Below are positions 50,615 through 59,982 of a stretch of 64,000 nt of DNA, piece after piece; within the stretch, counting starts at the first letter, position 1, and every line of letters starts with the position of its first letter. Position numbers and translations under genes: made by a program. The DNA is from Candidatus Latescibacterota bacterium (GTDB taxonomy: Bacteria > Latescibacterota > UBA2968 > UBA8231): the NCBI GenBank assembly GCA_965223905.1, contig CBDCXV010000011.1:352001-416000 (forward strand). Direction: 5' to 3'. The notes beneath the pieces are model-generated. The model saw nothing but the letters and a program-made list of their open reading frames with translations, was not told the DNA's origin and did no database searches.

Positions 50615-50789
50615 TCGCTCCACTCCCTGGTCCGTTGTAGGCCCGCGGCGCATAAGCTGTATCGGATCAACCAGTTATGGCCGCGCTGAAGCTCACTTGT
50701 CCGGGGGCAAATGACAAAAGGGGGCCAATCGCTGTCAAGAGGGGTCCGCGAACCCACGGGCGGCACCCCCCATGATGGGAACCGGAGTG

Positions 50790-51938
50790 TCAGGCCATTT
50801 TATTCCGCAGGATGGCGGGGTAGTCGAGGTCGCCATTCCAAGTGGAATCTTTCTCTTCGGCATCCTCGCTTGCTGCCCGGGAAAACCCGCCGAACTCCGG
50901 CTGCATCGCCTCCTGCAGTGTGCGCTGCTGCCGCTTGGAAACCGCTTTCTCTTCGAGGTTCTCGTAGCGGCCCGCCCTCTTGTTGAGGTAAAAGCCAGTG
51001 GCTATGACGGTTACGCGCATTTCGTCGACCAAGTCTTCGTCAATAACGGTTCCGAAGATGATGTTGGCGTCATGTCCGGCAGATTCCTGGATGATCGAGG
51101 CCGCTTCATTGGCTTCGTAAAGGGTGAGGTTCGAGCTGGAGGTAATGTTGATCAAGGCTCCCCTTGCACCCTCGATGGAGACGTCTTCGAGCAGCGGACT
51201 GCTGATTGCCTTCTTCGCAGCTTCGAGAGAGCGGTTCTCCCCCTTGTGAGACCCGACGCCGATCATGGCGTCCCCCCCTTCGGTGATGACCGTCTTCACG
51301 TCGTTGAAATCGAGGTTTATCATGCCGGGAATGGTGATGAGGTCAGAGATCCCGCGCGTCGCCTGCAACAGCACCTCGTCCGCACCGGCGAACGCTTCCT
51401 CGAGCGAGGTGTCGCGCGAGCAGATCGAAAGCAGGCGCTGGTTCTTGATAACTATCAGGGTATCGACGTGCTCCTGCATCTCGGAGATTCCGGTCAGCGC
51501 ATTGCGCATGCGCGGAAACCCCTCGAACTGGAACGGCTCCGTGACGATACCCACGGTCAAGGCGCCTTGATCCTTGGCGAGCTCGGCAACGATGGGAGCC
51601 GCGCCGGTTCCGGTTCCGCCCCCCATGCCGGCCGTAATAAATACGAGATCCGTGTCGCTGAGATGTTCGACGACCTTGTCGCGGTCTTCTTCGATCGCCT
51701 GGCGTCCGATCTCCGGCTTGGCACCGGCGCCGAGACCGCGAGTGATGTTGTCCCCGATGATGAGGCAGTGATCGGCCTTCGAGACGTCCAGGTCCTGACT
51801 GTCGGTGTTGATGGCGACGAATTCGACGCCGTTAACTCCCGCGTCAACCATGCGGTTTATGGCGTTTCCGCCCGCCCCGCCTACCCCTACCACCTTGATG
51901 TTCGCTTTCTGATCGTAATCGAGAATCTTGAACGTCAT
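50790..51938 (-). CDS. ftsZ: Cell division protein FtsZ
   Basis: GVGGAGGNA, GGGTGTG, INLDFND, C-terminal DYPAILR. Confidence 0.98.
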   Translation of the reverse strand: MTFKILDYDQKANIKVVGVGGAGGNAINRMVDAGVNGVEFVAINTDSQDLDVSKADHCLIIGDNITRGLGAGAKPEIGRQAIEEDRDKVVEHLSDTDLVFITAGMGGGTGTGAAPIVAELAKDQGALTVGIVTEPFQFEGFPRMRNALTGISEMQEHVDTLIVIKNQRLLSICSRDTSLEEAFAGADEVLLQATRGISDLITIPGMINLDFNDVKTVITEGGDAMIGVGSHKGENRSLEAAKKAISSPLLEDVSIEGARGALINITSSSNLTLYEANEAASIIQESAGHDANIIFGTVIDEDLVDEMRVTVIATGFYLNKRAGRYENLEEKAVSKRQQRTLQEAMQPEFGGFSRAASEDAEEKDSTWNGDLDYPAILRNKMA

Positions 51939-52031
51939 TTTTTCCTCCTTTGAGGGACTGTAAGTTGAGGGCTGTCGCCGCGACTGTCCTCCCTCGGTTG
52001 ATTTCTTCATGCCTATGGGGGTATTCACCGC

Positions 52032-53273
52032 CTACAGGAACATCGTTATCCAATTCCTCATGCGGCCGGCAGCTGTCCCAAGGAAGCCTGGGCTGGTCCC
52101 TTCCCGGTACTGGCGGAAACCGCCGCTGTCCGCCTTGTCGGCCGCCATCAGCACCAGCCCCAGGACGGTCGCGAAGCAAGGATTCGCCAAGCCCTCGCCG
52201 ACCCCGTTGAACGCGGCAGGAACACCCAGCCTTACCGGTATTCCGATTGACCGCTCGGCGAGCTCAGCGGCTCCCTCGACGAGCGCCCCGCCTCCGGTCA
52301 GCACGATTCCCGCACCCAAGCGGTCGCCGTACCCGCTGTAGTCGATCTCGCGCCGGACCATGGCGAAGATCTCTTCCATGCGCGCCTCGACAATGGTTGC
52401 GAGATCCCTTCTCGCGACCTCTACCGGTTTCCGTCCCGACACTCCCTTCAGTTCGACGACGTCCTTTTTGTCGGCGCACTCCGGCAGAGCCGTCCCGTAA
52501 CGGCACTTCAGGTCCTCCGCAAGGGGCCAACTGGTGCGCAGGCAGATCGCGATGTCGCTGGTTGCGTTCTGTCCTCCGACGCCAACCGCAGCGGTGCGGC
52601 GTACCGAGCCCTCGGAATGAATCGCCAGATCGGTTGTGCCGCCTCCGATATCGACGACGCAAACCCCAACCTCCCTCTCCTCTTCCCGCAATACCGCGCG
52701 GCTGGATGCCAGCGGCTCGAGGATGAGGCCGTTCACCTCGATCTCCGTTCGCTGGATGTTCCTGCTGATGTTTCGCACCGAGGTGACGGCCCCCGTGACG
52801 ATGTGCACCGAAGACTCGAGGCGTACCCCCGTCATGCCAACGGGGTCACGGATGCCGGTCTGGTTGTCGATTGAGAATTCCTGAGGAAGCACGTGAAGGA
52901 CCTCGCGATCGAATGGAATCGCCACGGTCCGGGCCGCTTCGACGACTCGGTTTCGATCCTCCTCGGTGATCTCGAGCCCACCGTCGCCTACCGCGATCGA
53001 GCCCCGGCTGTCGAAACCGCGAATGTGTTCACCTGAGATGCCGGCATACACGGCCTCTATTTCAATACCTGCCATCAGCTCGGCCTGGTGAACCGCCCCC
53101 TTCACCGCTTGCACGGTCTTTTCCGCGTCGACGACCATCCCCCTGCGCAAGCCATCGGAGGGCCTGTGGCCGTACCCGATGATCTCGATTCCTTCCCCTC
53201 CGAGCTCTGCAATGACGACGCAGATTTTCGTCGTTCCGAGATCGAGTCCAACCACTCTGTTGCCGCGGCGCAT
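52032..53273 (-). CDS. ftsA: Cell division protein FtsA
   Basis: GLDLGTTK, VDIGGGTTD, LTGGG. Confidence 0.97.
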   Translation of the reverse strand: MRRGNRVVGLDLGTTKICVVIAELGGEGIEIIGYGHRPSDGLRRGMVVDAEKTVQAVKGAVHQAELMAGIEIEAVYAGISGEHIRGFDSRGSIAVGDGGLEITEEDRNRVVEAARTVAIPFDREVLHVLPQEFSIDNQTGIRDPVGMTGVRLESSVHIVTGAVTSVRNISRNIQRTEIEVNGLILEPLASSRAVLREEEREVGVCVVDIGGGTTDLAIHSEGSVRRTAAVGVGGQNATSDIAICLRTSWPLAEDLKCRYGTALPECADKKDVVELKGVSGRKPVEVARRDLATIVEARMEEIFAMVRREIDYSGYGDRLGAGIVLTGGGALVEGAAELAERSIGIPVRLGVPAAFNGVGEGLANPCFATVLGLVLMAADKADSGGFRQYREGTSPGFLGTAAGRMRNWITMFL

Positions 53274-53276
53274 AGC

Positions 53277-54137
53277 TCAGCCGCCCTTCTGTCGACGACG
53301 GCCGGTTGCCGCGGCGAGACGCGGTCCGACGACGACCTGGCCGTCGTATCGCAGGTCGACGTATGCCGGGGGGGAATCCTTCCTCCCGTAGATCCGGTTC
53401 ATCATCCGCTTCAGGAGACCCATGTGCCTCGCCGCCTCCGTGGCCGGCACCCTGACCTCCAAGCCGTCAGCCACCATCCGCAGAGCCAGGGCACCGTCCG
53501 ACAGCGGCTCGATCGTCGAAACGTTGCGGCTGAAGGCGCTGTCGCCGCGCACCGCTTCCGTCAGCCAGCCCAGAACCCCGAAGAGGGACGAATCGGGGAT
53601 CACATCCCCGGATTGCAGCGAGTCCCAGCCGGCGCTCCCACACCGGATCACGGGCAGGTCGAGATCGGCGATTCGCTCCCCGGGCAGCGGGCGGGGGGGC
53701 AGGACTATTCCCTCGGCATCCACCCCGAAGGGATCGCCGCCGGCGTCGAGCCACGCCAAGCGCCGCCGCTCTTCGACAGCAACGTATATTCGGTCGGGAG
53801 GACGCACGTGAGCGCGCGCGCTCCTGACCCATGGCAGCTCCTCGAGTCGGCTGGCCAGCGAATCGAGGTCGACGGCGAAGATACGGTCCCCCGCCCGCAG
53901 TCCGCTGGCGGAAATAATGTCCGCACCCGACAAGGTGCGGAGTCCGCGAACCTCGAGCGCGGCGAGCCGCAAATCCCTCGATCCGGAGATCGAGGCACCA
54001 ACCCATGCTGCCCCGCCGACCGCGGCCGCGGCGACCACGGCGATGAGCAGCCTGCGACCGCGCATGCCGCTCCCCTCCCGGTGCGGATAGGCTCCGCCGA
54101 CTCTCACCATTCGTCGGGCTCGCGAGCGTCGCGTCAC
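53277..54137 (-). CDS. ftsQ: Cell division protein FtsQ/DivIB
   Basis: TM plus POTRA (LPWVRSA), YVDLRY; position before ftsA. Confidence 0.85.
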   Translation of the reverse strand: MTRRSRARRMVRVGGAYPHREGSGMRGRRLLIAVVAAAAVGGAAWVGASISGSRDLRLAALEVRGLRTLSGADIISASGLRAGDRIFAVDLDSLASRLEELPWVRSARAHVRPPDRIYVAVEERRRLAWLDAGGDPFGVDAEGIVLPPRPLPGERIADLDLPVIRCGSAGWDSLQSGDVIPDSSLFGVLGWLTEAVRGDSAFSRNVSTIEPLSDGALALRMVADGLEVRVPATEAARHMGLLKRMMNRIYGRKDSPPAYVDLRYDGQVVVGPRLAAATGRRRQKGG

Positions 54138-55567
54138 GGTCGGGTCCCTGAACCGGTTTGCCTCGCCAGGAGGTCGACCGTCCTCTTCGCCACCTCTCCG
54201 ATATCCCCCGCACCGAGAAAGAGGACGAGATCGCCGGGAACGCAGGCCGCCGCAACCGCGGCCGGGAGATCGAGCTTGTCCGGAGTGTACTGCACCGGTT
54301 CATACCCATGCTGCCTCATGGCATCGCGCAGGGATCCGGCGTTCCCTCCTTCTGCCCCGCTCTCCCGGGCTCCGTACACGTCGGTGAGAAAGACGCGGTC
54401 AGCCTCCATCAGGGCCGCGGCGAACTGCTCCAGGAAAACCCGTGTTCTCGTAAACAGGTGCGGCTGGAATGCCGCGGTTACCGGCCTCTTCATGACCCGG
54501 GCTGCCTCAATGGCCGCACCGACCTCCGTCGGATGGTGGGCGTAATCTTCGACGACGAGAATGCCGCCGGCTTCTCCCTTGATCTCGAAGCGCCGCTCGA
54601 CTCCGGTGAAACCGGAAAGAGCCGACCTGATCGCCTCGTCATCGACCCCGAGCGAATGGGCTGCGGCGGCTGCCGCAGCCGCGTTCATCACGTTGTGGCG
54701 ACCTGGCACGCCTACCGAGATTTCGATCGCGTCCCCTGTTCGTGAATCGGTACTCAGTCTGAAACGGCTTCCGTGCGCCGCGAGTCCGATCTCCCCGGCG
54801 CGGTACTCGTTTGACGGATCGATGCCGAAGGCCGCGACCGACTTTCCCGCCAGCCTTCCGGAAACGGCCCTGCACCCAGGATCATCGCCGTTGATCAGCA
54901 GGCTCCCGCAGGCATGCGTCCCTGAGGCGAAATCCGCAAAGGCATTGACGACCTCCTCTTCGCTGCGGTAGGTGTCCACGAGATGCTCGGCCTCGACGTT
55001 GGTAATCAGAGCCATCCACGGCTTCAGGTGCAGGAAACCGCGGTCGTATTCATCCGCTTCGAGGACGAGGAGCTCACCGCTTCCCAGTCCGGCGAGAGCG
55101 CGACCGTCTTTGCGGCCACCGATGAGGTGGGAGGGATCACAGCCGCTTTCCCGCAGGATCTCGAACAGCATGCTGGCCGTCGTCGTCTTGCCGTGGGTGC
55201 CGGCTACGGCTACCGTGCGGAACGAGTGCGACAGATCGGCTACCAGCCGTGCCCGGGAAACGGTGTCGATACCGAGGAGGCGAGCCGCGGACAGCTCCGG
55301 GTTTTCCCGTGGCACCGCGGCTGAGTAGACCACGAGAGAAGTTTCGTCGCAGACAAAATCTGCGCTGTGCCCGGCCTGCACATCGACGCCGTCCGCTTCC
55401 AGATTTTCCAGCGCCCGCGAGGGCTCCCAGTCCGATCCGCAGACCCTGCAGCCGAGCTGCATCAGCAGACGCGCCAGTCCCTCCATACCCACGCCACCGA
55501 CGCCGACGAGATGGACAAGGGCGCCGGAGTCCGCCAAGGCGCGCAGTCGCTGGTCGTTCAGTCTCAT
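54134..55567 (-). CDS. murC: UDP-N-acetylmuramate--L-alanine ligase
   Basis: GVGGVGM, GTHGKTTT, EADEYD, DYAHHPTE, FQPHLFTRT. Confidence 0.95.
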   Translation of the reverse strand: MRLNDQRLRALADSGALVHLVGVGGVGMEGLARLLMQLGCRVCGSDWEPSRALENLEADGVDVQAGHSADFVCDETSLVVYSAAVPRENPELSAARLLGIDTVSRARLVADLSHSFRTVAVAGTHGKTTTASMLFEILRESGCDPSHLIGGRKDGRALAGLGSGELLVLEADEYDRGFLHLKPWMALITNVEAEHLVDTYRSEEEVVNAFADFASGTHACGSLLINGDDPGCRAVSGRLAGKSVAAFGIDPSNEYRAGEIGLAAHGSRFRLSTDSRTGDAIEISVGVPGRHNVMNAAAAAAAAHSLGVDDEAIRSALSGFTGVERRFEIKGEAGGILVVEDYAHHPTEVGAAIEAARVMKRPVTAAFQPHLFTRTRVFLEQFAAALMEADRVFLTDVYGARESGAEGGNAGSLRDAMRQHGYEPVQYTPDKLDLPAAVAAACVPGDLVLFLGAGDIGEVAKRTVDLLARQTGSGTRP

Positions 55568-56796
55568 CGCACCGCCACCGAAGCATTCGCCACGAGCGGC
55601 ATTCCAGGGGTCGGCTGCGCGGCTCTCAGCGGCCTCAGCCTTCTCAGAAGGCTGCCGAACCGGGACTGGTCCCTTGCTGCGGATAAAGGTGAGGGGGACT
55701 GCCCGGTCTCTCGGGCGACCGCGGCGAGAATCCCGATGCCGCTGAGATTCCACAGCAGTGAGGAACCGCCGTAGCTGACCAGCGGCAGGGGCAGTCCCGT
55801 GGTCGGCAGAATTCCGGTGACCACGCCGACGTTGATCGCTGCGTACACCGAAATCATGACCGTGATCCCGGCCGCGACCAGAAATCCGTGATAGGTCTGG
55901 GCATCGCAGGCGATGCGATATCCGTGGATGGCGACGGCGGCGAAGAGGGCGATCACGCTCAGCGAGCCCGCCAGCCCCAGTTCTTCCCCGATAAAAGCAA
56001 AGACGAAGTCCGTGTGCGGCTCGGGCAGGAAGTACTTCTGGACGCTGTCACCCAGGCCGACCCCCAAAAACCCACCGCTGCCCAGAGCGAGCAGCGACTG
56101 GGAGACCTGAAAGCCCGCTCCCCGGGGATCGGCACCATGAAGGAAGCTGGTCAGACGCTGCATCTGGTAGGGAGAACTGACCAGGGACCAGGCGACAAAT
56201 GGGACCACCGCCCCGGCCGCGGCGGCAAGGTGCCCCGCCCCGGCCCCTCCGAGCCAGAGCATGATCATCGAGATGACTCCGATGGCGATGGCCGTGCCCA
56301 GATCCGGTTGCAGGACGATGAGGACCTGGACCGCGCCAAGAATCAGCAGACGGGGCAGAAGCCCGGTGCGCCAGTCTCCCATCCGCTGCTGATGACGCAC
56401 CATGACATCGGCTAGGTAGAGAACGAGGGCGAGCTTCACGAATTCAGAGGGCTGAAACGACAGGCTCATCCTGTCCAGGGGAAGGGGAAAAGGCAGCCAT
56501 CGCGAGGCTCCCTTTCCCTGTCCGAAGATCAGAACCAGAACAAGAAGGGCCAGCCCAGCGAGGATCATGGGGCGGGCCGCCCGCTGCCAGATCCTCAGCG
56601 GCAGGCGAGACAGGATGAACATGATGCCGAGACCTATGGACGCCCTGATTATCTGCCTTACCAGGAAGAAGCTGCTGTCGGCGTAACGCGTTCCCGCCAG
56701 GACGGAACTGGAGCTGTAGACCATCACCACTCCGAGGCCGACCAGGATGACTGCGATCAGAAGGATCTGGTTGCTTGCGCGCTGTGCGGCATTCAC
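55564..56796 (-). CDS. ftsW: SEDS glycosyltransferase FtsW
   Basis: FQPSEFVK, QPDLGT, LPEPHTDF, PLVSYGGSS. Confidence 0.95.
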   Translation of the reverse strand: MNAAQRASNQILLIAVILVGLGVVMVYSSSSVLAGTRYADSSFFLVRQIIRASIGLGIMFILSRLPLRIWQRAARPMILAGLALLVLVLIFGQGKGASRWLPFPLPLDRMSLSFQPSEFVKLALVLYLADVMVRHQQRMGDWRTGLLPRLLILGAVQVLIVLQPDLGTAIAIGVISMIMLWLGGAGAGHLAAAAGAVVPFVAWSLVSSPYQMQRLTSFLHGADPRGAGFQVSQSLLALGSGGFLGVGLGDSVQKYFLPEPHTDFVFAFIGEELGLAGSLSVIALFAAVAIHGYRIACDAQTYHGFLVAAGITVMISVYAAINVGVVTGILPTTGLPLPLVSYGGSSLLWNLSGIGILAAVARETGQSPSPLSAARDQSRFGSLLRRLRPLRAAQPTPGMPLVANASVAVR

Positions 56797-57102
56797 GGTC
56801 TTGCCGATTCCGTTTCGACCCGCGGGACGTGCGGTCGACGCCGCTGCGACCCGCGGTCACAACTGCTGCGGTCACAACTGCTACAGATCCGCAAGCGGAC
56901 CTGCGGTCGGAAGAGGGAGAAGCCGCGACCTGCGCCGTCACTGCCGAACTGCGCGACAGTGCATCCGGGCAGGGCGCGAGTCATTGCGTGGGGTGCCGGA
57001 CACCGGGTGAGGAAACCCGGAGGGGCAGTGAAGCGGGGACTTCGCCTACCCTGACTCGCCCTGGGGCGAAATGACCGATTTTGAGAGGCTTTGATGTAAA
57101 AT

Positions 57103-58488
57103 TTACAAAGGGTCTGCCTGAAGCGAAACAAGTAACTTCTCGGCGACCTCTTCGAAGGCCGCTCCGCGCGATGCCTTGATGAGGACTACATCTCCCGGAC
57201 GAACCTCTGCGCAGAGCTGCACGGTAAACTCGGCCTTGTTTTCAATGTGCCGCGCGTTTTCGAGGCCTTCTTCAAGAGCTCCCAAGTGGGTAGATTGGCT
57301 GAACTGTCCGCACGTCAACAGCAGCTCGACACCCGCTCTGCTAGCCTGCCGGCCGAGTTCCGCGTGAAGCTCCGGTGCCGAGTCGCCGAGCTCGAGCATA
57401 TCGCCTAGTGCAGCGACACGCCTGCCACCGTTCGCCAACTGCATATCGCCCAGCAGATCGAGGGCCGCTTTCGCAGACCCGGGATTGGAGTTGTAACAAT
57501 CCTTGATGAGGCACGTCCCGTTTTTCCACAAAACCTCGGAGCGCATCGAGGCAGGTTCGAATCCGGCGAGAGCGCGTTCGATCTCGGGCGCCGGAACGCC
57601 ACAGAGATCCCCTACCGCGGCTGCGGCCAGGGCGTTGTACACATTGTGCCTTCCGGGGATCCGGAGTTCGATGCGGATGTTCTGTAGAGAGAGGTGGCCG
57701 CGGCCCTCCTGGTCAAGGACAAGTCCCTCCCCACAAAAATGACTCTCACTATCGAGACTGAAGCCGAGGAGTCTCCCCTTTTTCCTCATGACCTCCCTGG
57801 CTACGACACAGTCATCGACGTTGACGAGAGCCAATGAAGACTCGTCCCCGATATAATCCAGGAGTTCCCCTTTGGCTTTGGCCACCCCCTCTACAGTTTC
57901 AAAAAACTCGAGATGCGCGGTCCCGATGTTCAGCAGGACCCCGATGGTCGGCTGCGCGATCTCGCAAAGGTAGCGAATATCGCCCGCCTTGCGCGCCGCC
58001 AATTCAACTACAATTGCTTCAACTTCGCCTGTCAAGCGCAGAAGCGTCAACGGCACTCCGACTTCGTTGTTTTCGCTTTCCGGCGTCTTGAGGACCCGCA
58101 TGGTGCGTCCCAGGACTGCGGCGGTCATCTCCTTCGTCGTCGTCTTGCCGGCGCTTCCCGTGATCGCTATGACGGGAAGGTCGAACCGCCTGCGGTACTG
58201 TTTGGCGATCTCTCCCAGGGCCTCGAGAGTGTTGGCCACTCGCAACACCGGCTGGTCGCCGGAACCCTTACAGGAGTCTGCGATGGCGGCGCAAGCTCCC
58301 CGGTCGAAGGCCTCCCCGACGAACCGGTTGCCGTCGAAGTTCGGACCACGCAGGGCAAGGAACGCCTCTCCTTCCTGCAAGGTCCGGGTATCGGTACTGA
58401 TGCCCGTGGGAGCAATGCCATCGGCTCCCTCTCCCACCCATTGCCCGTCGACCCAGCGACGAATCTCACCGGCAGTAACCCCTTCCAT
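57103..58488 (-). CDS. murF: UDP-MurNAc-tripeptide--D-Ala-D-Ala ligase
   Basis: TGSAGKTTTKE, NNEVGVP, DCYNSNP, GDMLELG, KASRG. Confidence 0.95.
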   Translation of the reverse strand: MEGVTAGEIRRWVDGQWVGEGADGIAPTGISTDTRTLQEGEAFLALRGPNFDGNRFVGEAFDRGACAAIADSCKGSGDQPVLRVANTLEALGEIAKQYRRRFDLPVIAITGSAGKTTTKEMTAAVLGRTMRVLKTPESENNEVGVPLTLLRLTGEVEAIVVELAARKAGDIRYLCEIAQPTIGVLLNIGTAHLEFFETVEGVAKAKGELLDYIGDESSLALVNVDDCVVAREVMRKKGRLLGFSLDSESHFCGEGLVLDQEGRGHLSLQNIRIELRIPGRHNVYNALAAAAVGDLCGVPAPEIERALAGFEPASMRSEVLWKNGTCLIKDCYNSNPGSAKAALDLLGDMQLANGGRRVAALGDMLELGDSAPELHAELGRQASRAGVELLLTCGQFSQSTHLGALEEGLENARHIENKAEFTVQLCAEVRPGDVVLIKASRGAAFEEVAEKLLVSLQADPL

Positions 58489-59982
58489 TCAGCCGCCCCC
58501 GCCTGCTGTCCCTCTCCGCCTCAACAACTCCCGGGCGACGTGGCGATCGTCGAAGTCGATGGCGTGGTCCATAAATATCTGACGGGTTTCGTTTCCCTTT
58601 CCAGCCAGCAACACCACGTCCCCGTCTCCTGCGGCTTGCAGCGCCCGGCCGATCGCCTCGCGCCGATCGGGATACAGGCGCGCCTTTTCCGGAGCGTTCA
58701 TCCCGGCGGCTATGTCATCGATAATCCGTTCTGGATGCTCATTGCGGGGATTGTCCGAAGTAAGAAAGACCACATCCGCCAGCTCGCCCGCGATTCTCCC
58801 CATTTGCGGGCGCTTCCCCGGGTCTCGGTCGCCGCCGCATCCGAAAAGGCATATCAGCTTTTTGCCGGTGAGTTCCCGCGATGTATTGAGAACCGTCTCA
58901 AGACCGGCAGGGGTGTGCGCGTAATCGACTATCACTTCGAACGGCTGTCCTTCGTCAATGCGCTCGAAGCGGCCCGGAACGCCTTCGAACTCAGCCAGGG
59001 CCGCGGCAATCGTATCCACATCGATACCGAAAGTGAGGGCGCAAGCGACCGCAGCCGTGACGTTGGAGCAGTTGAAACTCCCCGCCAACACGGTGTGAAC
59101 ATCGAGTTTTCCCTGGGGAGAAAGCAGCGAAAGCGAGGTCCTTCCCCGCGTCCCGGAGGCAGACAACAACCGGACATCCGCATCTTCGCCCTTCCCGAAC
59201 GTCAGCGCCGAACCATCGAGACTCCGACTCAGACGACTTCCGCAAGGGTCGTCGAGATTGACCGCGGCGCAAGGCGATGAGTGCGGCTTCAGGCGATCGA
59301 ACAGCCTTCTCTTGGCCTCGAAGTACGCCTCTTCGGAACCGTGAAAATCCAGGTGATCGCGGGTCAGGTTGGTAAATACCGCGGCATCGAACCGGATGCC
59401 GTCGACACGGCCGAGGGCGAGGGCGTGGGATGAAACCTCGAGCGCCACCGCCGAGCGTCCGGCGTCGACCATGGCGCGCAGTTCCCGGTGCAGTTCGGAT
59501 GCTTCGGGAGTCGTGTTCGCAAGCGGTTCCATGGAGTCCGAGGCGAGGCTGCCCAGCGTCCCGAGGTAACCGCAGGAACGACCGGACCGATCGATGATGG
59601 CGCGGATCAGCATCGCCGTCGTGGTTTTTCCGTTGGTTCCGGTAACCCCCACGGTGCACAGCTGGCGCGAAGGTTCTCCGTAGAAGCGGGCCGCGAGTTT
59701 CGCCAGGGCCTGGCGGCAGTCGCCGACCTCTATCACGGTAGCGGATCCGGTCCGGGCAGCTCTCTCCACTACCACCGCAGCGGCTCCGCGCGCCACCGCG
59801 TCTTCGATGTATTCGTGCCGGTCCCTTTCCTCGCCGCCGCTGATGGCTACGAAAAGGCCACCGGGACGCACGGAACGGGAGTCGCAGGCTATGCTGCCGA
59901 TTTCGATACCGACCTCTCCCCTTACCCGGGCATCGGGCAGGACTTCCAGCAAGTGGCCAAGAGAACTCGCGGAGGTACTCAT
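58489..59982 (-). CDS. murE: UDP-MurNAc-dipeptide--mDAP ligase
   Basis: TGTNGKTT, NLTRDHLDFH, DYAHTP, DNPR motif. Confidence 0.95.
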   Translation of the reverse strand: MSTSASSLGHLLEVLPDARVRGEVGIEIGSIACDSRSVRPGGLFVAISGGEERDRHEYIEDAVARGAAAVVVERAARTGSATVIEVGDCRQALAKLAARFYGEPSRQLCTVGVTGTNGKTTTAMLIRAIIDRSGRSCGYLGTLGSLASDSMEPLANTTPEASELHRELRAMVDAGRSAVALEVSSHALALGRVDGIRFDAAVFTNLTRDHLDFHGSEEAYFEAKRRLFDRLKPHSSPCAAVNLDDPCGSRLSRSLDGSALTFGKGEDADVRLLSASGTRGRTSLSLLSPQGKLDVHTVLAGSFNCSNVTAAVACALTFGIDVDTIAAALAEFEGVPGRFERIDEGQPFEVIVDYAHTPAGLETVLNTSRELTGKKLICLFGCGGDRDPGKRPQMGRIAGELADVVFLTSDNPRNEHPERIIDDIAAGMNAPEKARLYPDRREAIGRALQAAGDGDVVLLAGKGNETRQIFMDHAIDFDDRHVARELLRRRGTAGGGG

